Shown piece after piece: positions 50,318-61,059 of a stretch of 64,000 bases of DNA. The notes under the pieces were generated by a model. It was given only the letters and a program-made list of their open reading frames with translations, searched no databases and had not been told where the DNA came from. Both the position numbers and the translations under genes were made by a program. Each line of letters opens with the position of its first letter. Position 1 is the first letter of the stretch. Origin of the DNA: Mustelus asterias (Eukaryota); the NCBI RefSeq assembly GCF_964213995.1, contig NC_135823.1:496001-560000 (forward strand). Direction: 5' to 3'.

Positions 50318-50622
50318 GTGTCTCAGATGAGACACTTTCACTGACAAGATGTTGACTGGAGTTGATCTGAAGGCGTAGATGCACCGATATCCGCTGCTCC
50401 AAGAATCCGCCGGGAGAATTATGTAACTCCTGCTTGTATAAGTTCCATCCGGATCGATTGCACCAGAATCAAGCCTGCCCTCCATAACCCGCCCAGAAAC
50501 TTTCCAGTGGATGGTGAAGTGACCTGGACCCACACTCTTCACCAAACACATCAAAGGGACCATTTCCATCCCTGGAATTTCAATCAGTGGCGGACTTAAG
50601 AAGTCGATGATTGGAGTTCTTG
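50318..50622 (-). pseudogene. Gene B C1 exon (frameshifted, splice sites lost)
   Basis: PIIDFLSPPL..VPLMCLVKSVGPG..IHWKVSGR..PDGTYTSRSYI..WSSGYRCIYA/QINSSQHLVSESVSS. Confidence 0.9.
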
Positions 50623-50708
50623 GAGTGATTGAGGGATAAGATTCAGGCACTTTTGAACATACGTTCTGGTAATTCATGATGCAATTGAAAAAATAATCTT
50701 TGTTTGAC

Positions 50709-51035
50709 CTGTAATGAGAAATGTGGAACATAAAAGGCATCCCACTGAACTGCTCAACTGCACAGTAATACAGCCCCGAATCATCGGCCCGGACCCCGCG
50801 ATGATTAGGGAATAGAGAGTCAATTTGTCATTTACTTCTCCAGAAAATCTCCCGTTTGAAGGGTTGCTTTTGGTCACTGTGTGAACCAGTTGGAGATGCT
50901 CCCTTTACCGCCGTTTATACCAATGGACAACTCCCCCTGCCAACCAGCCCATGTGACAATGCAGCTTATAGTTGCTTCCAAGCGACAGAGTCTGGATCGC
51001 CAGGGTCTGGGACAAAACTGCCTGAGATACAATAC
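50709..51035 (-). pseudogene. Gene B VJ exon (stop, frameshift, J diglycine deleted)
   Basis: GIVSQAVLSQ..LHC..VVHWYKRR*..GRFSGEV..YSLIIAG/VRADDSGLYYCAVEQFSGMPFMF/TFLIT; aligns to the gene A V exon with no gap other than the lesions. Confidence 0.9.
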
Positions 51036-53019
51036 CTGAAAGAAACAAGTTTATCACGACCTGTTCTGCTACTGAAGGAAAGAGAACATCATTCCTCTGA
51101 AGAATGGGCTACGAAAAATATAAAATGCACCATTCTTTCATCAATAAACCACACTGAATCCAAATGCTGACGGTTACATTTGAAGCAATAACCGGAACAA
51201 GGGAGGAAGAGAAACAATGCACAAGCAATGAAGGGTAATTTGCTTTGTTATTGCTGCACAACGGTTGCAATTGCAAGGTAGGAAAGGAGGGAAACAAATT
51301 TCACCCATTAGAGCGAGGGCCATTGTGATACTGATCCAGATCATGGATTGCCTGCCATGGTTTGAGGAATAGTCCCCTTTGGGAACGCATGGAAAACCAG
51401 CAACGGCACAACACCCCCGCCATCTTCACCCCTCACCCCCTCACACCACCCAACATCCCTCTTCGGTTGATTAGCCATGCTAAGTTGCACTTTTGCGTCC
51501 AAAGGTGTGTCAGTTAGGTGGATTGGCTGAGGTAAATTGCCCCTTTCTGTCCAAAGATGTGTACGTTGGGTGGAAGGTCAATGCTAAATTGTCTCTCAGC
51601 GTCCAAAGACTTGCAGGTTAGGAGCGGTTGTGGAGATGGGGTCTGGTTGGGATTGTTGTCGGTGCTCAATGGGCCAAATGGCCTCCTTCTGCACTGTAGG
51701 GGTTCTATGATTCTGCTAACTGGTGCCTGAGGATCTTGTACCTCCCAAAGGGGCAGATTGGTCATTTCTTGTTGACCATGTCTTCCGAGATATTGGAGAA
51801 TAGCTGCACGTCAGCGATTTGGATCAAGAGGAATTAATTCATTCACCAGAAAACTATTTATTATTAGTGTCACAAGTCGGCTTGCACTTACACTGTAATG
51901 AAGTTACTGTGAAAATCGCCGAGTCTCCATACTCCAGCGCCTGTTTGGGTACAGTGAGGGAGAATTTCGCAGTGCCAATGCACCTAATTAGCACATCCTT
52001 TGGACTGTGAAAATAAACTGGAGCACCCTAAGGAAACCCACACAGACACGGGGAGAATGTGCAGATTCCACGCAGACAGTGACCCAAACCAAGAATCGAA
52101 CCCGGGTCCCTGGCGCTGTGAGGCAGCCGTGTGCCATCGTGCCATCCTGTGCGATTAAGTTTCTACTTGGTGGGCTATTTCATTGGTCTTAACCCAGCGA
52201 CGAGACAACTCTGAATGAGAAAGAAGGAAGTCAGAAACCTGGAAGGAGATGCAGCAATGCAAAGGCCATTAACCCACTAATGGTCTGCTGTTGATGTGAG
52301 CTTTACGAAGCCTCTTCACTTGGGTGTCTCTGTGTTGGGCCTCGCGGCTTGCAATAATGAAAAATGCACACATTGCAGACATTAGATATCGGGTTCAAAA
52401 ATAGCTCACTGGTAAATTCAGCGCTCTGCAATTGTTGGCTAAGGGCTTCCTGTTTCCATTTTAAGTCGCTACGCACCGCTCTGCCGGTAAAGTGCAACGT
52501 TTTACATCCTTGTCAAAAGTGAGTGGAGGGCCGTTCTCAGCCCAGACTGGGGCATATTGTGGTCAGGTGACAATGGTGTAACATCCACGTGGTCAAGAGG
52601 GAATCGTCCCTAATTAAGAGTGTCCTGATTAATTCATCCAGAGAACAGTAATTCATTGAGGTTTTCGTAAGAAGCATGCCAGATTGCATCATAGAATCGC
52701 TACAGTGCTTAAGAGCCCATTCGGCCCATCGAGTCTGCACCGACTCTCTGACAGAGAGTGAGACTCAGCTGTCCAACCTATACATCTTGGGATACTAAGA
52801 GGCAATTTAGCATGGTCAATCCACCTAACTAGCACATCTTTGGCGTCTGTAAGGAAATCGGAACCACCTGAAGAAACTCACACAGACATGGGGATAATGT
52901 GTAGCTCCACAAAGATAGTCACCCGAGGTTGGAAGCTAACCCGGGTGCTTGCCGCTGTGAGGCAGCAGTATTAACCACTCTGCTACTGTGCTACCCTTCA
53001 ATATAATAACAGGAAGACG

Positions 53020-53730
53020 GGTTATTACTTGAATGATGCAAGTTGGTAGAGGGGAATATTCAGCGAGTCCTCGTGCATCATTTGCTGAAAGGAAGCGTGC
53101 AGGTAGATCAGGCAGTAAAGAAGGCAAATTGCATGCTGGCATTCATAGCGAGATGATTTGCCCAGAGGGATACACCTGGAGTATTGTGTGCAGTTTTGGT
53201 ATCCATATCTGAGGAAGGATGTCCTCGCTAGAGAGGGAGCACAGCGAAGGTATATCAGACTGATTCCTGGGATGGCTGGTCTGTCATATGAGGAGAGAAT
53301 AAGTTGGTTCGGATTATATTCACTGGAGGTTAGAAGAGTGAGAGGGGATGTCGTAGAAACTTATAAAATTCTAACAGGGTGGATTCAGAAAGAATGTTCC
53401 CAATGGTGAGAGTGCCCAGAACTAAAGGTCATAATTTGATGATAAGGGGTAAACCTCGAGAACTGAATTGAGGGGAAATTTCTTCACCCACTGAGTGGCG
53501 AATGTGTGGAATGTACTACCACAGAAAGCATTTGAGGCCGAAACGTATTCTGATTTCAAGAAGAAATTAGATATAACTTTTGGGGCGAAATGCATCAAGG
53601 GATTTGGGGGTTGGGGTATCAGAATATTGAATCCGCTGCTCAGCCATGATCAAAATGAATGTCAGAGCAGGATCGAAGGGCCGAATGGCCTACAGCTGCT
53701 TCTAGTTTCTACGTTTCTATGTTTCCATGT
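53020..53730 (+). mobile_element. CR1 3' fragment
   Basis: HLEYCVQFWYPYLRKDV. Confidence 0.8.
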
Positions 53731-54374
53731 TTCCTTAAACACGAAATGCAAACTGTATGTGGAATGCCAGGCATGTTTTCACCACTGGACTGCCAAATCG
53801 TCTTTTACCATTATATTGCAAACATATTGTCATCTATGATCACATCAGCCTGATGTGCCGTGATCATACTGAATGGCGGAGCAGGCCTGGAGGGCCGAAT
53901 GGCCTCCTCCTGTTCCTATTTACTATGCTTCTGTCCCATTTGGTTTTCTATTTGTTTTTGCTTTGTCCGAATTTTAATATTTTCTGTTATCTGTACGAGT
54001 GAAGCAATTTGCTTTGAACATCAACACATTTAAATTGCAAAGCTTTAAAACATTCTAGTTTGCCATTAGAACTCTTGTGATTAACCTCACATTTATCCCC
54101 ATTTACTCCACCTGCCAGTCCTTTGCCTGTTCACTCAGCTTGTCTATTTCTCTTTGCAGCCTCTTTGTGTCATCCAAATAGTTTGACTTCCTATAGAGCT
54201 TCGTGTGCTCGGCAATTAGTCTCATGGTCCCTTCACCTAAGGAATGAATGTGGATTTCAAACAGCACGGTGTCTTGCAATACTCCACCAATAACAACCTT
54301 CCATCGTGACAATGCCCGGGTTTAGTCTCACCATTGCCTTTACGATGTAGTAGTAAGTAATTTCTATGCCAAAG

Positions 54375-54730
54375 CACAATGATTAGGACTGCTGCCTCTG
54401 AGCACCAGGAACCCGGGTTCCAGTCTCGGGCGAGTGTCTGTTTAGAGTTTGCACATTCTCCCCCGTGTCTGCATGGGTTTCCGCCAGGTGCTCCTGTTCC
54501 CTTCCACATTCTTAAGATGTGCTGGTTAGGTGGATTGAACATACTAAATTGCCTCGTAGTGTCTAAAGGTGTGCAGGTTACATTACTTGGCCATGCTAAA
54601 TTGCCCTTTAATGTCAGGGGGACAAACAGGGTAAATATGTTGCCTTACAGGATAGAGCCTGGGTGGGATTGTGGTCGCTGCAGGCTCGGTCCACCTAAAA
54701 GCCTCCTTCTGCACTGTAGGCATTCTATGA
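54375..54730 (+). mobile_element. HE1-type V-SINE
   Basis: Head, core and tail present. Confidence 0.75.
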
Positions 54731-57700
54731 ATTTTAAACCTTTGCAAAAAAACGACCAATGTGTCGTTGCCAATGTCTAGTTGTACTTGAATCTTAACCT
54801 TCTCTTATTCGTCTCTACGAACACACAAATCGATCACTGAATATCAACATCTCCTGACGCGAAAGTTGTGAAAAATATTCTTCCATTTAATTATTTTCCG
54901 ATCACAGTTATGAATACACCAGACACAGGACAGCGAAATAGTCCTTTTGACACAATCAGTTCATGCTGTTGTTTATTGTCCAATCGAGAATTGCATCTTT
55001 TTCTCATTTAAGTCCACCCGTATTTGCCCTCTGTTCATTTCTCCCTCTCTAATTCCCGTTTCCTTCATTAGCCCCTGTGGTGGTGAGTTCAAAATTCTTA
55101 CCATTCACAATGCAAGTAAGTTCCTCTGGAATTCCAGACTGGATTAATTCCTGAGTATCTTTCATTGATGACTTCAGTTTATGTTATCCTCTGCGACAAT
55201 AATGCTTTTGAATGATACTGGGACACATGTGGTTCCCCTCGAGTGCCCTGTTCCCGGTGGACTTTTCCTTAGAACAAAGCAACTGATGAGCAGCCATATT
55301 CTCGACACCAGGTGATGCATTTCTCAGGAGCTCCCACGACATAAAACAAAAAGTAATATGAATAGGAGGAAACAATGCAGCCACTCGAACTAGCTCTGTT
55401 ACTCAGTCAGATAATCCTTGATCTTTTATCACACTTGCACTTTCCTCTTTGATCCCCATTATCGTATCACATGAGACCAGGGATCACAATTCTGTCCATC
55501 TTAGCCTTTAATTGACCGAATAGTATTGCAGCCACATCCAATACTGGAGGTGGCGCTGTTCTCAGCCATTTCCTCGACACGAGTTAACTCTGGTCAACGC
55601 CAGCCGAGCCACGGCAAGCGGCGCTGTTGACAGACACCAGATCGACATGAGGTGACTGTGTCCACAGTCACTCAAAATTTGATCGTTACTCTTAAAGAGT
55701 CACTGCTTCTACAGTTCGTGAATATGTTTAAGCTCTTTATTGAGGTAATCCTGTTCACTGTCACTCTCTCCACGGTAGCTGAACGGTTCCATCAAATCCC
55801 CTTTGACCATTTCCTTCTTTCCGGGATAAAAATGCAAGCATCTTCACACTCTCCATACAACAGAAGATTCCATTCCTAGTGCCATGATGGGAAATCACAT
55901 CTGGGCACTTCAGATGGCCGTGATACCCCCCCCCCCCCCCACGTGGTGTGCGGTCTATAATTGTGCGCAACGTCCCTGCTTTGAAATGACGAGAAATCTC
56001 AAAGACTTACAAATAAGTTGCAGCCTGAATGTTCAATTCCTCTGTCGAGAAACGAATTCAATATTTTTTTATCTCATGATCCTCTCAATTCATCCTGCCA
56101 ACTTCAATGTTTCAGTATCTGCTGTTCTGTATTTCAATCTTGCATCCTCTTTTAAGTTTTTAACCATATTCCTTATTGGTGCTTGAACTCTTCATAACGG
56201 AATGCATCACTTCATTCTTCTGGGTTAATATGGATCATCCAAGTGGCTGGTGATGTTCACCTGCAGTCAATAAGACCATATGACCATTAGATGTTGGAGC
56301 AAAATTAGGCCATTGAGTCCATCGCGTCTGCTCCGCCATTCGGTCTTGACTGATCGGTTTCTCATTCCCATTCTCCCGCCTTTTCCCTGTAACGTTTAAT
56401 CCTCTTACCAATCAAAAACGCATCAATCTGTTAAATATACTCAATGATTGCCGTCCACAGTCTTCTGCGGCAATGAATTCCACAGATTCATCAACTCTCT
56501 GGCTGAAGATATTACTTCTCAAATCAGTTCTTAAGAATCGTCCCATTACTCTGAGGCTGTGCCCTCGGATCCGAGTCTTTCCTGCCAATGGAAACATCTT
56601 CTCCACGTCCACTCTATCCAGATGTTTTAGTATTCTGTAAGTTTCCATGAGATCCCTCACCTCATCCTTTTAAACTCCATTGAGTACAAACCCATAGCCC
56701 TCAAACGCTCCTCATTCGTCAATTTCATTAGTACGTCGTTTTCATTCCCGGAATCAATCCCGTGAACCTCCTCTGGACCCTCTCCAAGGCCAGCACATCC
56801 TTCTTTATGTATGGCCTCCAATACTGCTCACAGTATTCCAAATGTGGTCTCATCAGAGCCTTATAAATCCTCAGCAGTATATCTCTGCTTTTGTATTCCA
56901 GTCGTTTCGAAATTAATGCTAACATTGCATTTGCTTTCCTAACTACTAACTCAACTTAAGAACATAGGACATAGAACAATACAGCACAAAACAGGCCCTT
57001 CGGCCCACGATGTTGTGCCGAACTTTATCTGAAACCAAGATCAAGCTATCCCACTCCCTATCATTCTGATGTGCTCCATGTGCCTATCCAATAACCGCTT
57101 AAATGTTCCGAAAGTGTCTGAATCCACTGTCACTGCAGGCAGTCCATTCCACACCCCAACCACTCTCTGAGTAAAGAACCTGCCTCTGATATCCTTCCTA
57201 TATTTCCCACCATGACCCCTATAGTTTTGCCCCCTTGTAATAGCTCCATCCACCCGAGGAAATAGTCTTTGAACGTTCACTCTATCTATCCCCTTCATCA
57301 TTTTATAAACCTCTATTAAGTCTCCCCTCAGCCTCCTCCGCTCCAGAGAGAACAGCCCGAGCTCCCTCAACCGTTCATCATAAGACCTACCCTCCAAACC
57401 AGGCAGCATCCTGGTAAATCTCCTCTGCACTCCTTCCAGCTCTTCCACATCCTTCTTATAGTGAGGCGACCAGAACTGCACACAATATTCCAAATGTGGT
57501 CTCACCAAGGTCCTGCACAGTTGCAGCATAACCCCACAGCTCTTAAACTGCAACCCCCTGTTAATAAACGCTAACACACTATAGGCCTTGAGTGGCAACC
57601 TTTAGAGATCTGTGGATATGGACCCCAAGATCTCTCTGTTCCTCCACAGTCTTCAGAACCCTACCTTTGACCCTGTAATCCACATTTAAATTAGTCCTAC

Positions 57701-57997
57701 CAAAATGAATCACCTCACATTTATCAGGGTTAAACTCCATTTGCCATTTTTCAGTCCAGCTTTGCATCCTATCTATGTCTCTTTGCAGCCTACAACAGCC
57801 CTCCACCTCATCCACTACTCCACCAATCTTGCTGTCATCAGCAAATTTACTGATCCACCCTTCAGCCCCCTCCTCTAAGTCATTAATAAAAATCACAAAG
57901 AGCAGAGGACCAAGCACTGATCCCTGCAGCACTCCGCTAGCAACCTGCCTCCAATCCGAAAATTTTCCATCCACCACCATCCTCTGTCTTCGATCAG

Positions 57998-58612
57998 TCT
58001 CACAACACCAGGTTAAAGTCCAACAGGTTTATTTGGTAGCAAATACCATAAGCTTTCGGAGCTTGCTGCTCCTTCGTCAGATGGAGTGGTCTCTGTTCTC
58101 CAACAGTGCAGTCACGGGCATTCAGCCTTGGATCTTCAGGTAAGCGTTCTCCAAGGCGGCCTTCACGACACACGACAGCGCAGAGTCGCTGAGCAGAAAC
58201 TGATAGCCAAGTTCCGCACACATGAGGACGGCCTAAACCGGGATGTTGGATTTATGTCACATTATCAGTAACCCCAACAGCTTGCCCCTGGTCTTGCATA
58301 ATCTCACCAGCTGTTCTGTCTGGAGACAATACATATCTCTTTAACCCGTGTTTAATGTTCCCTCCAACCACATTATCTGTACCTTTTAAGACCTGGCTGG
58401 CTGTAGAGATTTGCTTTCTAATTAGTATTCTGTAACTTGATTTCTGTGTCTGTGCACTGTTGGAGAACAGAGACCACTCCATCTGACGAAGGAGCAGCAA
58501 GCTCCGAAAGCTTATGGTATTTGCTACCAAATAAACCTGTTGGACTTTAACCTGGTGTTGTGAGACTTCTTACTGTACTTACCCCAGTCCAACGCCGGCA
58601 TCTCCACATCAT
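57998..58612. mobile_element. Penelope-like element (inverted pLTRs, GIY-YIG C-terminus) nested in CR1
   Basis: LQVSVLQGGLHDTRQRRVAEQKLIAKFRTHEDGLNRDVGFMSHY; TSD TTCGATCAG at 57989-57997/58613-58621. Confidence 0.85.
58479..58517 (+). ncRNA. Minimal hammerhead ribozyme motif of the Penelope-like element (inverted copy at 58046-58084)
   Basis: CCAT-CTGACGA-A-GGAGC-AGCAA-GCTCC-GAAA-GCT-T-ATGG: CUGANGA and GAAA core, 5-bp stem II, CCAT/ATGG stem I, palindromic stem III. Confidence 0.65.
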
Positions 58613-59203
58613 TTCGATCAGACAGCCAGTTACCTATCCAATCGGCCAACTTTCCCTCTATCCCAAACCTCCTCATTTTCATCATAAGCCGACCATGGGG
58701 CACCTTATCAAACGCCTTGCAAGTTAATCTCAAGAGAATCCTGAACTTGGATTCCCAAGTTCCTTCACGTTTCCTATTTCTAAATTCACCCCCATTTAGA
58801 AAGTAATCTACACCTCTCCTCTTCGTACCAAAGTGTGTAACATCACACCTTCCCACAATATATTCCATCAGCCATTCCAATATCAATATGTCTCATCATT
58901 TACTGCCTTTTGCAAGTTTAATATCATTTGAGAGCGTTATAATTGTGTCTATTCTATTCAGTTCAGGTCAGTACTATATACGAAAAAGTACTACCCTCGA
59001 TCGACATCAACTGGCAATCTCCTTTAATCTGAGACAGAGCTGTTTACAACTACTCTCTGCTTTCACCTTGGCCAATCCTGCATTCAGTGTTCTTCTTTCT
59101 TCATCCTATGATATTTGTAACAAGTCCGTGATGTGGAACTTGAAAAATGCGGTCCTATTGTGAAGTCATCCATTAATATCAGCTGCCTCTCGGAAACCTA
59201 CTG

Positions 59204-60400
59204 TTTGATTTATTATTGTCAAATATATTGGAATACAGCATTGTTTCTTGTGCGCTGTACAGAAGAAACATAACATTCACAGAGTGCATAGGGGAGTAGG
59301 AACGGAGAGGGTGTAGAATATAGTATTACAGTCATAGATAGGGTGTAGTGAAATATCAACTTAAAACAGAATAGAATCATAGAATCCCGACAGTACAGAA
59401 GGAGGCCATTCGGCCCATCGAGTCGGTACCGACCACGATCCCACCCAGGCCTATGCCCATAACCCTCATTTACCCTGCTAATCCCTCTGAAAGTAGAGTC
59501 AATTTAGCATGGGCAATCAACCTGTCCCGCACATCTTTGGTCTGTGCGAGGAAACAGGAGCACCTGGAGGAAACCCATGCAGATACCGAGAGAAAGTGTA
59601 ACCTCCACACAGACTGTATGTGGCAGGAGAATTCAAAAGTCTGATTACAGCAGGGAAGAAGCTGCTCCTGAGTCGGTTGATACGTGACATCAGACTTTTG
59701 TATCTTTTTCCCGATAGGGCGGCACGGTAGCACAGCGGTTAGCACTGCTGCTTCAGAGCTCCAGGGACCTGGGTTCGATTCCCAGCTTGGGTCACTGTCT
59801 GTGTGGAGTTTGCACATTCTCCTCGTGTCTGCGTGGGTTTCCTCCGGGTGATCCGGTTTCCTCCCACAGTCCAAAGATGTGCGGGTTAGGTTGATTGGCC
59901 ATGCTAAATGTGCCCCTGAGTGTCCTGAGATGCGTAGGTTAGAGGGATAAGTGGGTAAAATATGTAGGGATATGGGGGTAGGGCCTGGGTGGGATTGTGG
60001 TCGGTGCAGACTCGATGGGCCGAATGGCCTCTTTCTGTACTGTAGGGTTTCTATGATTTCTATGATCTGGGAAGACAGTATGTCCAGGGTGCGTGTGGTC
60101 TTTGATTCTGGTGGCTGCTTTTCAGGAGGCAGCGGGACAGAGTCAGTGGCTGGTTTGCTCGATGGACTGGGCAACGTTCACAACTCTTTGTTGTTTCCTG
60201 CAGCCTTTGAAAAAGCAGGAGACATACCAAACTGTGTTGCATCAGGAAAGCATGCTTTCTATGGTGCATCTGTTAAACTTGGTGAGAGTCGTAGCGGACA
60301 TGACAAATTTCCTTTGCCCCCTGAGAAAGTAAAGACTTTGGTGGGCTTTTTGAACTATAGCTTTGTCGTGAAGGGACAAGGAGTGATTGTTACTGACTTG
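59204..60400 (-). mobile_element. Rex1/Babar fragment split by two V-SINEs (about 59370-59620 minus; 59717-60067 plus, full-length HE1-type)
   Basis: KAHQSLYFLRGQRKFVMSATTLTKFNRCTIESMLS; Rex1 pieces resume either side of each SINE. Confidence 0.8.
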
Positions 60401-61059
60401 TTGATCCAGACGTGCAGTATTGACTGGGGAAAATGTTTTGTAGTGATTGGTTCCCCATTGGCAGGTGAAGCTAGATCGAGGGGCCTTAGCTTCAAAGTAA
60501 GGGTGAGCATATTTAGGACTGAGTTGAGGAAGAACTTCTTCACCCAAAAGTTTGTGAATCTGTGGAATTCTCTGCCCAGTGAAACAGTTGAGGATACCTT
60601 ATTGAACGTTTTTACGTCAAGGATAGATAGATTTTGAACAGTACAGGAAATAAGGGTTATAGTGAGCGGGCGGATTAGTGGAGCTGAGTCCACGAAAAGA
60701 TCAGCCATGATCTTATTGCTTGGCGGAGCAGACACGAGGGACCAGTGTTCTATTCCTGCTCCGAGCTCTTATGTTCTTATGTAACTAAATCTCGGATGGA
60801 AACAATGCTGAGATGGAGGGAAGAACTAATGAGACCAGTGGAAAATAGGGTATAAGATCGATTGTTTGAACCCTTCTCCAGATCACAGAGAATTTGATAA
60901 ATTACAATGAGAGTCACTCATTTTAAAATACCACAGGACAAATGAAACTTGACATGTATTAAAGACATTTTGCCTTTCCGTTGCATTACATTGATGCTTG
61001 ATTCACACAGTTAAAAGCTGCTACTCTTAATGAGCAGAGTCAGAAGTTTCTAGGATATA

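Larger units (their letters stand above)
45411..52281 (-). pseudogene. Gene B: pseudogenised paralogue of the VJ-C1-TM-TxYxxL receptor (exons about 52239-52281, 50709-51035, 50318-50622, 49623-49700 (3' part of TM), 49456-49514, 45411-45557)
   Basis: Colinear homology to all six gene A exons. Lesions: ATT at the position of gene A's start ATG, TAA at 50905-50907, 1-nt deletion near 50795, 11-nt deletion of the FGxG codons at 50725/50726, lost C1 acceptor and donor, canonical C1 Cys->Tyr, 1-nt deletion near 50371, disrupted TM exon. Confidence 0.88.
56270..58880 (-). mobile_element. Nested CR1 (about 56958-58716) inside an older CR1 (about 56270-56956 and 58717-58880)
   Basis: The outer RT frame breaks at ..CTCAACT and resumes at TGCAAGTTAA; inner ORFs 57041-57598 and 57579-57980. 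Confidence 0.85.

Noticed and set aside
55543-55560. CTCF-like ACTGGAGGTGGCGCTGTT
   Set aside because: Single imperfect motif, not supportable from sequence alone
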